Shown here one piece after another: positions 26,597-38,055 of a DNA stretch of 64,000 nucleotides (position 1 is the first letter of the stretch; each line of letters starts with the position of its first letter). The DNA is taken from assembly GCA_030704615.1 (NCBI GenBank), contig CM060731.1, positions 79,236,001 to 79,300,000 of the forward strand, written 5' to 3'. The position numbers and the translations under genes were made by a program. The notes beneath the pieces were generated by a model that worked only from the letters and a program-made list of their open reading frames with translations, did no database searches and had not been told where the DNA came from. Origin of the DNA: Takakia lepidozioides (Eukaryota; Plantae; Bryophyta).

Positions 26597-27690
26597 TTGT
26601 CACCATTGGACACCACACCAATCATGTGGCAGTATCTGGATGAAGGCATTTGCTTTCTGGACTTGTTTGGCGGGATCAGCACCGGGTTGGCTGCTGTTCT
26701 ACAGGCAGGTGTACGAGTACGGCGTTACTTGTATGTGGAGAGGGATGAGACCGCACGATGTGTCTCACTCCGTCATGTTGCTCAGTTGGTGCAGCAGTAC
26801 CCTGAGTTGTTGCCGGTGTCTGCAGTTCGTGGATATCAACAGGACTTACCAGCAGACATCTCTTTGCTGGGGGCGCAAAATTTGGAGCGGGTTGGCTCCA
26901 TTGATTTGGTAGTGGCAGGTTGGCCCTGCCAAGGGCATTCATCAGCCGGGCATGGCAATGGATTGCGAGACTCGAGGTCGGGTCTGTTTTGGGAGATGGT
27001 GCGGGTTTTGCGCCACTTACAGCTTCATCAAGCTGTATCTCCAACATACATCTTGGAGAATGTGCCACTGATGGGCGATTCTCGGGCCAGGGTGATGGCC
27101 AGTGTGCTCAAGTCCGGTCGTGGCTTGGGTCAGCAGTATTGCTGGATGCAGCTGCGGTGGGGTCACGGGCTCATCGTCCACGGCTATGGTGGACTAACTT
27201 GATGCCCGCACTGCTCAAGCGTGCATTTGATAGGGTGCAGCGGCCAGTACACCTCACAGTTGATAGCATCTTGGACACGGGGAGGCAGTCTCAGGGTATG
27301 AGACACGATGACCGTCCGCCTTTGGCAGTGGTCAACAAGGTGGGTCGACCACAAGCAGCACTACCTACACTGCTCAGCTTCCCAGGATCGCATGCTTTCC
27401 GGGATAGTGGACCTGGCCTCCTGTGGGATGCTCAGTTGCAGCAGTTAGTGGAGCCTAATGCCAACGAGCGAGAGCGGGCTATGGGTTTTTCCACTGAGAC
27501 CACAGCGGTGCCTTCTCTTTCTGAGGCATCACGTCGTCAGGTGTCGGGGCAAGCAATGGATCTAAATTGCTTGACCTGGATTATCGGCTTGGCTATGGCT
27601 GAGCAACGTAGAATGCGGAGTGCACTTCCCTTGATGGTCTCTCTACCTACCGAGACGGTACAGGCAGTAAGTGGGGACCACGGGGTGTAG
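26597..27690 (+). pseudogene. C5-cytosine DNA methyltransferase (DNMT3-like) domain within the retroelement polyprotein; one frameshift near 27105
   Basis: Motif I LDLFGGISTG, IV DLVVAGWPCQG, GLFWEMVRVL, VI ENV, VIII AHRPRLWWTN, IX ERERAMGF and X RRQVSGQAM, in canonical order. Confidence 0.9.
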
Positions 27691-28029
27691 ATATCCATGG
27701 CACACGTGGGAGGTGCTTGAGGTTCAGAGGGAGTTGGCAGCCAAGGCGGCTGTGATGGATGAGGTTGGGGATTCTTCTCGGGTTGAGGAGGTCCTCAAGG
27801 ATGAGATGATGGGGCAGGATGAGGCCTTGTCATTGACTGAGCAGGCAGAGAGTACTGCTCAAGAGGTTGCGGCATAACAACCACGGGACGCGTCTCCTAC
27901 CTCTAAGTCTGCTGGACTTAAGGTTGTAGTTACGGAGGACAATTGGGAGCTTGACATTGGACCCATTATCACTGGAGGAGAGAGACGACGTATACGGCGG
28001 TTCCTGACAGGAATTGCTTTGCCTTCAGT

Positions 28030-28933
28030 TTGAAGGATTTAGGAGCACTGAAGGGTCAGGAGATTCGTATTGAGTTGGCCACGGACACGCCAATCTTTCA
28101 GAGACCCTATAGATACAGTGACATGGAGAGGTCTTTGATTCAGATGAGGACTCAAGATCTCTGGGAGGCTGGTTTGGTGGAGCTCTCTGGTGGAGAGTAT
28201 GCTACAGCCACGATGATGTTAGCCAAGAAGGATGTCTATGGCAATTGGACGGAGAGACGTATGTGCGGTGATTACCGGCCTGTAAATCGTCAGACCAAGT
28301 CCGATAAGTATGCCATGCCCACACCGGAGGAGATCTTTGATGCCATTGGGCATGCCAAGGTCTTTAGCACTTTGGACTTGCGGTCCGGATATCACCAGTT
28401 GCCGATCAAGGAGGCGAACAAACAGAAGACGACATTTTGGGGGATCAATGAGCACGGGAAGGATTGCCTATATCAGTGGCGGTTCTTGCCATTCGGGCTT
28501 AAGAACACTCCTGCAGAGTTCCAGAGAGTCATGGACAAGATTCTAGCAGAGGTGGACTTTGCTCGGTGCTACATAGATGACATCATCATCTTTAGTGCTA
28601 CGGTGGAGGAGCACGAGAGACACCTTCAGGTGGTGTTTGAGCGCTTGAAAACGCACGGATTGAAATTACATCGGGGAAAGTGCAAGTTCTTCCACAACCA
28701 GATTGAGTATCTGGGCCACATGATATATCCTAGAGGATTGGGGGTGTAGCAGACCAAGGTAGAGGCCATCGCACAGATTCCACGCCCCACGGATATGAGC
28801 TGAGTTTGAGCTTTCATGGGGTTGGCAAACTACTATAGACGGTTTTTCAAGGGATTTAGTGCTATTGCAAAGGCTCTAACCAAGCTAACCAAGGTAGATC
28901 AGGAGTGGCAGTGGGAAGATGAGCAAGAGCAAG
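28030..28933 (+). pseudogene. Reverse transcriptase (Ty3/Gypsy type)
   Basis: RMCGDYRPVN, FSTLDLRSGYHQ, LPFGLKN, YIDD and IEYLGH. The thumb region continues through in-frame stops to EQEQ at 28933. Confidence 0.95.
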
Positions 28934-30844
28934 GTACCACTGCAAGGGTGGGATCTATCCTCCCATCCACATGTGGAAGGTGACATGGCGCACGATTACG
29001 CACATGGTCCTTCCATACCATGCCATCTCGACCCTCCAGAATCAACACTCCTGAAGGCAACACCTCCCTGACCCTTAGAATCACACGTCCTACTGTGACA
29101 TCCAAGGTTGTGGGCGCTGTCTGCTGCAGATACACATAGTCCCCAGGGTGGAAACGCCAAACACCTGCCGATATCCCCTCCACGTATAGTGGCATACTCA
29201 ATGTGTCTCGGTGTTGGGCAATAGCAAGATTCTCAAAAGCCATAGGCATGACTCTCTTGAACAACTCTGCCCGCTGGGCACATGCTTGTGTCCACACATC
29301 CGGATTATCAAGGTTGAGGACTACTGCAACCTCCCTGCGAATAGACGCAGGCAAATCTGGCTCTCGGCCAAAGAGAAGGAAGTATGGTGAGAAGAAGACA
29401 AGTGATGCTTGTTTGCTAAACCTGTAGCCCATGGCTAGCCAAGGTACCTGAAGATCCCAATCTCCTAGGTGTCCCTTTTGCAAGCCATACTTGCGCAAAC
29501 CCCTCTTCACCGTCTGCACCACTCTCTTTGCCAAGCCATCGGCCTCAGGATGATCCCGAGATGTGGTACGGTGGTCTATCAAGGCTTTATCACACAAAGC
29601 CTGAAAACTCCCCAAGAACTCTCTCCCTTGGTCCGTGAGTACCTCAGCTGGAGCACCGAATCGGCTAAGCACACGATCCAGGAATGCATACGCAGCCCCC
29701 TCACTAGCCTTGTCAGGCAATGGAACCAACTCAATCCACTTGGAGAAGTGCTCCACCATTACCAACACATATCTGTGGTGGCGCATCGTCAATGGCAATG
29801 GCCCTGCGAAGTCAAGACTCCACCTTTAGCCTAATCCCACGATGGGTAAATGATGCAACTGTGGTGTAGGGCCGTTGAATGAAGCACGCACCCTGTCACA
29901 CACCATGCACCTAGCCACGAACTGTTGCACCTCTGTGTGCATACCACGCCACCAATACTGCCCCTGCAGTAAACTATGAGTGCGTCGCACTCCAAAATGC
30001 CCCAACTCCTCATGGGCATGCCGCACTAACCGTGCACGTTATGTTGGGTGAGGCACGATCCTCACCCGACCATCCTCCCACACGCGAAGCAGGTGTATCC
30101 CCTCCCACTTGAACCTCTTGGCTTGTTGCAGGATCCGATCTCTCTCTTTGGCAGTCACACTAGCTGCCGTGTCTCCAGTGCGGAGGTAGTCCAACACAAC
30201 CGAATCCTCATGTATATCTCTGGCACCATCTGGCTCATCACTAGCCTCAGGGTCCTCAGACACTCCGTCTATAATCATCCCTGTTGTAGGTCCAATCTGA
30301 CCTCCCGATGCCAAGATACACAAAAAGGCAGATGCATGTCATCCCGGCACCATCTCCTCGTCCGTCTCACCATGCCACCGAATTCCAGTGTTATCGTGTT
30401 GGCTTGTGCATGGATTGTGACTCAATCCATCCGCATCCCTATTGACCAAACCCGGTCGATGCACAACCTGAAAGTCATACTCCTGGAGTATAAGTGCCCA
30501 CCGTGCAAGCTTCCTTGTAAGCTTGTCTGACTCCATCAACCACTTGAGTGGCTGGTGATCCGTGATAAGGGTGAAGAGATTGCCGTATAGATAGCACCTG
30601 AAGTGTGCCACGGCCCACACTGCAGCTAAGCACTCCCCCTCATATGAGCTGTACTTAGACTCTGCAGCGTTGTTCGAGCGGCTAGCATAAGCCACTACGA
30701 ACTCTCTTCCCTCATCATCCACCTGTGTGAGCACCGCTCCAAGCCCTAGCATGCTCCAATCTGTATGCAGCTGAAAGGGACGCCCCCTGATAGGTCGTCT
30801 CAAGATGGGCGCCGAGGTCAACCTCGCCTTGAGCTCCTGAAAAG
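28934..30844 (-). pseudogene. RNase H plus DDE (rve) integrase, inverted relative to the rest of the element
   Basis: LHTDWS, YASRS, YEGECLA and TDHQPLKWL (RH); HEELGHFG..CMVC (HHCC zinc finger); LTDQGREF and EADGLAKR (rve core). Confidence 0.95.
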
Positions 30845-31002
30845 CTGCAGGGTTGCGTTGCATGCTATGTGGGCATGCTCGTGGTGCCGCCACTATGCTG
30901 GTGTGTGATTGATGCTCAAGAGGTTGGCACATGGGATGCTTGACACCACCTCTTGAGAGGGTTCCTGATGGAGATTGGTTATGTCCACACTGCTTGGGAT
31001 AG
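30845..31002 (+). pseudogene. PHD finger at the integrase C-terminus (one TGA, probably from CGA)
   Basis: Translation GLRCMLCGHARGAATMLVCD*CSRGWHMGCLTPPLERVPDGDWLCPHCLG* gives C4HC3 spacing with the conserved W. Confidence 0.9.
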
Positions 31003-31260
31003 TGACAGTGGATATGACTAGTGGCAGCTAACAAGACATGGGAGGCCAAGCTCATAGGAGTCAATACCCGAGATCTCAAGCTCAAGTTCACAGGTTGCAA
31101 GATGGCGACTAACGATGGGGCAACTCTTGTACCCGACCTCTTGATCTATCGAGTTTGAGTGTAGTAGGAATAGTGGTAGAGGACTTAGTGAGGCTATGGC
31201 CACTATCACATCTTGTGGCTACCTGGACTTAGAGGGACCTAAGCGCCAGCTAGGGGGGCG

Positions 31261-32133
31261 ATTGTGATGGACTAGTGGCTGCACTAGTGGTGGCTAGTGG
31301 CAGCCTAATGATGGACTAGTGGCTGCACTAGTGGTGACTAGTGGTTGTCTAGTGGCAGCCTAGTGGTGCTAGGCTAGTGATAGACTAGTGTTTGGTGTGC
31401 ACATGTGTTGTGTGATTTTGGACAGCGATGTAATTATGTAGCGATATGTATGCGCACGACAGCTGTCAAGTTATTTTACCACTAGTGTGAAGTTAGCTAG
31501 GAAATAGCTAACTTTCATATATTGACATTTGGGATTGACCCAAGTGTCAATCCAGGGGTCAATACATGTTTGGGCACCTGACGTGGTTATCTTCACGGCA
31601 GATCGCGGTGGGCTCATCTTTCTTGAGTTGAGCCTCACCGCGTCTAGCTATGGCACCGTAGCGTGGATTCCCCATGGCGTGGGGTGCACTTGGCTCGACT
31701 TAATATATGAGTGATGTTTTCATGTGCAAGTATGTGAGTTTGAGAGAGCTTGTGTGCTTGTATCATTTCCTTTCCTTATCATTGTGATGGACTAGTGGCA
31801 ACCTAGTGATGGACTAGTGGCTGCACTAGTGGTGGCTAGTGGCAGCCTAGTTGTTGGACTAGTGGCTCCACTAGTGGTGGCTAGTGGCAGCCTAGTGGTG
31901 GACTAGTGGCTCCACTAGTGATGGCTAGTGACAGACTAGTGGTTGGACTAGTGGTGGCTAGTGGCAACCTAGTGATGGACTAGTGGCTGCACTAGTGGTG
32001 ACTAGTGGTTGTCTAGTGGCAGCCTAGTGGTGCACTAGTGGTGGACTAGTGATAGACTAGTGTTTGGTGTGCACATGTGTTGTGTGATTTTGGACAACGA
32101 TGTAGTTGTGTAGCGATATGTATGCGCACGACA
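31261..32133 (+). repeat. B1 (31261-31461), A2 (31464-31781) and B2 (31781-32133) repeat block, preceded by a purine tract AGGGGGG at 31252-31258
   Basis: B1 and B2 both start ATTGTGATGGACTAGTGG and end GCGCACGACA. They differ mainly in the copy number of a CTAG-rich minisatellite. Confidence 0.9.
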
Positions 32134-32199
32134 AGGACCGTTCGTAACTCGTTATAACTTATTTGTTAACATCAATTTTCCTTGTTCTCCAGCTTTCGG

Positions 32200-33245
32200 A
32201 GTTCATTGCACATACCCATATACACGTCATGACCAAATTCGCACCTAATGCAAGTTAGCTGGTTGAGTGAAGCTTTGATAGTTTGGAGTGACTTTGACAT
32301 GATTCTGCCAATGTGACAATAGGAAAATATCAGAAGAAGTAACACGACGAGGAGAATTTGTGGAATGAATACTTTTCTGACCCCATTCAATGGTGGGACC
32401 ATCGATGCAAGAAGATGAATGTTTGTTGGATTATAGAGAGTAGCGATTGCAATGAGCGTAGAACTGTTGTTGATATGTTGAGTTGGGGGTGCTTCCTAGA
32501 ACAAGTCTCGGTTGTCATCGTCAACTGCTAGCAACAAGGCAAGGTTGTATGCATGATTCGTGCAAGGCATGGATAGCTGAAGGAACCAGGATAGAGTGTG
32601 GGTGCAGATTCACCCAAGAGGGCCGGATATCAAGCTCCAGATTAACTATGAAGCTACAAGAAACCTGCATAGGTAGATGGTCAACTGGCAGCAACGGCAC
32701 AATTGATAAAAATCAGACATGTTAATGAAGGCATCTTCTCAGCACATTTCACCCTATTTTTCCCTCTTATCAGAATCGGCCCAAAATTTCCATGTTGAAT
32801 CTGCAAGTTAGCTGGTTGAGTGAATCTAGTTTAGAGTGACTTTGACATGATACTGCTATGTGACAACAGGAAAGTATCAAAAAACAAGTAACAGACATGA
32901 GGAGAAGCTGTGGAATGAATACTTTTTTGCCCCCAATCAATGATGGGACAACCGAGGCAAAAAGGTGAATGCCTGTTACATTTCAGAGAGTAGCAGACGC
33001 AATTGAGCATAGGAACTAGTGTGATAAGCTGAGTTGGGTGTTTCCTAGAATAGATGTAGGTTGTCATTGTCGCTACTAGCAGCAAGGCAAGGATTGAATG
33101 CATGATTTGTGCAGGGGCATGATAGCTGAAGGAGCAAGGATAGAGTGTGGTCCAGATTCATCCTAGAGGGCCAAATTCAAGCACAAGATTACCTATGATT
33201 CCCTGTGGATCAATAACTACAAGAAACCTCCATGGGTAGATGGTC
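32200..33245 (+). repeat. ~555-bp tandem duplication, also present inside the CACTA at 35113-36000 (+) and 37270-37630 (-)
   Basis: AAGTTAGCTGGTTGAGTGAA..GAGTGACTTTGACATGAT at 32252, 32805 and 35457, and as the reverse complement at ~37290-37335. Confidence 0.8.
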
Positions 33246-36199
33246 TATTCCGTGGAACTCACTGAAGTCTTGCATTATGAGGATGAGAACTGCTTGGCAG
33301 CTTACTTGCATGAGGCCTTGACCCTTAGGCAATCCCCAGAGCAGTAGTAGCTTTTGGGCTGCTTTTTTACTTTGTGTTTTTCATTTGTCCCATAAGCTCT
33401 TTGAGCTTTCCGCAAATGTAATAAAGTACCATTTTTGTTTCATTTCATTTTGTTTCATGGCACGTCTTTCATCGTTTGTGCATTTCTAATGCATGATTAG
33501 TTCTCTTGTATGGCATTACTAGTCGACTCACTACAAACACCAAAACTCCAAAGCATGAATCACTATGAATGATTGTTCAAGTAATTTCGAGCACTTCATG
33601 TAAAGTAGTAAAGCAGTGGTTGCGCCAACTTCCGCAGTCGCAATTGTCACTAGGCATGTAGCACTGCAAGTTATGTGGTCTATTACCACGGGGCGCCCCG
33701 GGCCCGTGGCCACGTGGCAGCAGTGCTGCTTGTCGTGGCGCCACCACGTCGGCGTCCACATCGTCGTCCACGTCCGCGTCCATGTGTCACCGCGCTTCGG
33801 TGAGTCGGTCCACTCATCCGGAGGGAAAAGTCAAAGTCAGCCCAAAAGGTCAGACACACGGGCCGCCCGTTTGGTTACGCCACGTGGTTCTTCAGCATTA
33901 ATCGCATTAATCGTAGAGCAGTTGTTCGCGCGTCTGCGTCCTTTACCACTCCAATCATTGGATGTCCAACCCAACTACCACGTCTGTTGTAACTAGTTGT
34001 TTGTAACTTCCAGTCAATCCCAGTTTTTTGACTTTTACAATTCCAAATGAGTCGTTACCCCAGTGGTAAATGACACGAATGCTTCTAGTGTACTTTTTTT
34101 TAACACCAGCTGGATCTTAGTATTGATATATATATATACTTATTTATTTGCAGAAAGGGTTAGTAGCCCTTGAGAACTTTATTATAAGTTATTGTGGGGA
34201 AAAAAATTAAAACCCCGGATGAGTCATAAGGCACACACACTGCAAGCAGTGAAGAACGAACCCTTTCTCTCAGTACGAGAGAATGATCAGTGAAGAAGAT
34301 CTGTCTGCCCTAGGGCTGCAACTAAGGGTGAAGCCACTATGTCTGCAGGATTGCCTGACTATGAGAATTCAATAGCAGAGCCCTAAGCTATGCATAGTAA
34401 CCCAGTTTGCATTTTATGAATGGTAGAGAAGAACACCTCAGGAACTCGTTGCCCAAAAACTATCATTCAAAACATCATAGCAAAATAAGCAAGTTGGGAT
34501 CGTCTGATCCCTTCCAAACTGGATGCACCCTATGAGAACCGCGAACCTTGTTATCCCCTGGAAAGTGAAACAACCCTATCTGTACTGAAGCCTGGAAGCA
34601 GACGATGAGGGCCTAAGGTGCTTCCAGTTGATATCTCGATCGAACTCAGGAAACACTGTGCAGGGTCGAGCAATCACTACAACAGATTGCGGCTTTTACG
34701 ACTCTGTGCTATGACTACAAATGCAGTTATGAAAGCCATTTACGACTTCATGACTCTGCAGTCGTAGAACCCTAGTCAGTTATGGCATGGCAGATATGAC
34801 TCGCCAGCCTGGCTATGACATGGTGCCTGAGCAGCTGTGGGGGGTAGTCATACACGCTGGCTTTACTGAATGACTGAACGGGTCCATGTCAGCCGCTGTA
34901 TAAGAGAGACACGTGCTCTCTACAGAACACGCCACGTGTCAGACTGCGACACCATCCGACTGCAGAGGAGGGAATCAGACGCATGTGTCGCATCGTGATT
35001 TTGACACGTGGTTCCTCATGTCAATTGACACGCGTCGCTGGGGGGGGGGGTTGGGGATTTAATTTATTGTTATAATAATAATAATTATTATTATTATTAT
35101 TATTATTACTTTTGACCAACATTTTGGGTGTTTCCTAGAACAAATCTAGGCTGTCATTATCAGCTGCAAGGCAAGGAAGTATGCATGATTTGTGCAGAAG
35201 CAGTGATAGCTGAAAGAGCAGGGATAGAGTATGGGTCCAGATTCATCCACGAGGGCCAGATTTCAAGCACATGATTACCTATGATTACCTGTGGATTTAG
35301 CTATAAGAAACCTGCATGGGTAGATGGTGAACTGGAAGCCGCAGGAATAGCGGCACAATTGATAAAATCAAGCACTGCTAATAAAGGCACCTTCTTCAGC
35401 ACATTTCACCCTGTTTTTCCTTCTTATCAGAACCGGCCCTAAATTTCAATGTCTGCAAGTTAGCTAGTTGAGTGAATCTAGTTTGGAGTGACTTTGACAT
35501 GATATTGCCAATGTGACAACAGGAAAGTATCGAAAAACAGTTAACGGAGATGAGGGGAAGCTGTGGAATGAATACTTTTCTGACCCCAGGCAATGGTGGG
35601 ACAACCGAGGCAAAAAGGTAAATGCCTGTTGGATTACAGAGAGTAGCAGAGGCAATTGAGAATAGGAATTAGTGTGGTAAGTTGAGTTGGGTGTTTGCTG
35701 GAACAAATGTAGGCTGTCATTGTCAGCTGCTAACAGCAATGCAAGGATATATGCATGATCTGTGCAGAGGCATGGATAGCTGAAGGAGCAGGGATAGAGT
35801 GTGGGTCCAGATCATCCAAGAAAGCTGGATTTCAAGCTCCAGATTACCGATGATTCCCTGTGGAAGGATAGCTACAAGAAACCTGCATGGGTAGATGGTC
35901 ATGGGTAGATGGTAGATAGTTTGGAGTGATTTTGACATGATACTGCCAAAGTGACAATAAAAAAGTATCCATAAACAGGTAACAGTAGCAGACGCAATTC
36001 AGCATAAGCACTAAGGCAAACTCTCCTTCCCCGAAAGGGTGTGTTTTGGTATTTGAGCGAATAAATATTTTATCTAAGAATATAATTTCAAAAATTCGTT
36101 ATTTAATAATGTGCCACTGTCCACCATTCCACAACTTCTCCTCGTCTCTGTGACCTGTTTCTGGATACTTTTCTGTTGTCACATTGGCATCATGTCAAA

Positions 36200-37220
36200 G
36201 TTCAGATCGACATCTAGTACAATTCCAGCTTGGACGATGCTACCACGAACCTCTTTGCTATTTTGCAGGGCTGCCAGGCTTGCACACATGTTGCAAATGT
36301 AACAAACGCGATGTGGTTGCGCTGCAGTATCACTTCCCACACCACTTGCTCATAGACCTCTCCAAAGGGCCTCCATCATGCGCCGCTGTTGTGCATATCC
36401 TGGGATCATCATCCTCCATGCACCCCAATTCGGCATACAAGTCCACAAGGGCATAGTTCAGAACAACATTTGTTTAATTCCAGCTTGGACGATGTCATCA
36501 CAAACCCCGTCTTCACTCATTGCCTAGTCTAGTTAAGTGCAATTATGGGCTAGGCTGGTACCACATCTCATTCAGCCATATTATCAAAACAGCCATGTAT
36601 CCTTGTAGTTGCACCCCGCAACCTTGGCATACATGTCCACTACGGCAACGTTCAGAATCACATCAGATACAATACCAGCTTTGACAATATCACCGTGGAC
36701 CTCTGTACCCTTTTTCAGGGCTGCCAGGCGTGCATTTGACATACATATCCACCAAGGCAGTGTTTAGAGTGACATCTAGTGGTACAATTCCAGATTTGAT
36801 AATGGACCTTTGCATCCTTTCCAGGGCTACCAGGCTCGCATTTGACATACATGTACACCAGGGGAATGTTCAGAATGACATCAAGTACAATTCCAGCTTT
36901 GATGATGTCACCATGAACCTCTTGGCCCCTTCCCAGGGCTGCTAGGCTCGCATATGCATATTAACAAACACAAATGAACATGACCTGGTTTGGCTTCATT
37001 CTTTCCCACATCATTTGTTCTTAGGTTTCCAAAGCCTTACTCCCACACCTATGCTATACACACCTTACAATCATGGCAGTCCACAACACCACATCTCATT
37101 TAGCCATGTTGTCGAACTCTTCCTTTGCATCAGGCTTGCTGCACCCACATTTGGCATACATGTCCACTAGGGCAGTGGTCAGAATGACAACTAGTACAAT
37201 TTCAGCTTTGATGATGGCAC
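36200..37220 (-). pseudogene. Degenerate PLS-class PPR gene fragments inside the CACTA
   Basis: Minus-strand reading gives TALVDMYAKCG, FDNMAK*DVVLWTAMI, MKPNQVMF, VAVVDMYAK and YALVDLYA. Confidence 0.75.
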
Positions 37221-37922
37221 ATGGCCAAGAGATATCCCAATATCCCGCTACCAATGGGTTCAATGCATACTCTTGTCACATTGGCAGTATCATGTCAAAG
37301 TCACTCCAACTAGATTCACTCAACCAGCTAACTTGCAGAATTGAACATGAAAATTTAGGGCCGATTCTGATAAGAGGGGAAAATAGGGTGAAATGTGTTT
37401 CAGAAGGTGCCTTCATTAGCAGTGCTTGATTGTATCAATTGTGCTGCTGTTGCTGCGGCTTCCAATTGACCATCTACCCATGCAGGTTTCTTGTATCTAT
37501 CCTTCCACAGGGAATCATAGATAATCTGGAGCTTGAAATCTGGCCCTCTTCCACACTCTATCCCTGCTCCTTCAGCTATCTATGCCTCTGCACAAAATCA
37601 TGCATACAACAATCATTCCAGCAAACACCCCTAACCCTACTTATCAATGAGCAATGAGCTAACTTACATAATTCAATATGCATCTCAAGGCCGAGTCTGA
37701 TGAGAGGGCAAAACAGGCTGAAATAGGTCAAAGAAGAACCCATAGAGGATTTGACCGACCATCAACCCAAAATGACCTCTTGTGTGTGCTGCTTGTGTCT
37801 TGTAGTCAGGTAATGTCGGATTGGTCTGTGAGAACCAGCACGGTGCAGATGAGCAGGCAGAGATTGAAACACGGCCTGCTAAGACCAAGCTGACTCTCCC
37901 AAGAACCTTGAAACATCAGGAA

Positions 37923-38055
37923 AGCTGAGGTACTCACGGACCAAGGGAGAGAGTTCTTGGGGGAGTTTCAGGCTTTGTGTGATAAAGCCTTGATAGACCA
38001 CCGTACCACTTCTCAGGACCATCCTGAGGCCGATGGCTTGGCAGAGAGAGTGGTA
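37923..38055 (+). pseudogene. Captured integrase fragment of the retroelement family at 21402-32133
   Basis: GCTGAGGTACTCACGGACCAAGGGAGAGAG..GCCGATGGCTTGGC closely matches the reverse complement of ~29517-29650. Confidence 0.85.

Larger units (their letters stand above)
21402..32133 (+). mobile_element. Ty3/Gypsy-type retroelement with DNMT and PHD domains and split direct repeats (A1-ORFs-B1-A2-B2)
   Basis: Termini TGTC...GACA, with AGGA on both sides (21398-21401 and 32134-32137). Gag-PR-DNMT-RT-RH-INT-PHD order once the internal inversion is undone. Multiple stops and frameshifts. Confidence 0.9.

Noticed and set aside
28899-31100. Second retrotransposon nested in opposite orientation
   Set aside because: There are no LTRs or TSD at the junctions, and simple inversion restores both reading frames exactly.
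21402-32133. DIRS/Ngaro tyrosine-recombinase element
   Set aside because: The repeat layout fits, but no tyrosine recombinase was seen. There is an HHCC + DDE integrase, TG..CA ends and a 4-bp TSD.
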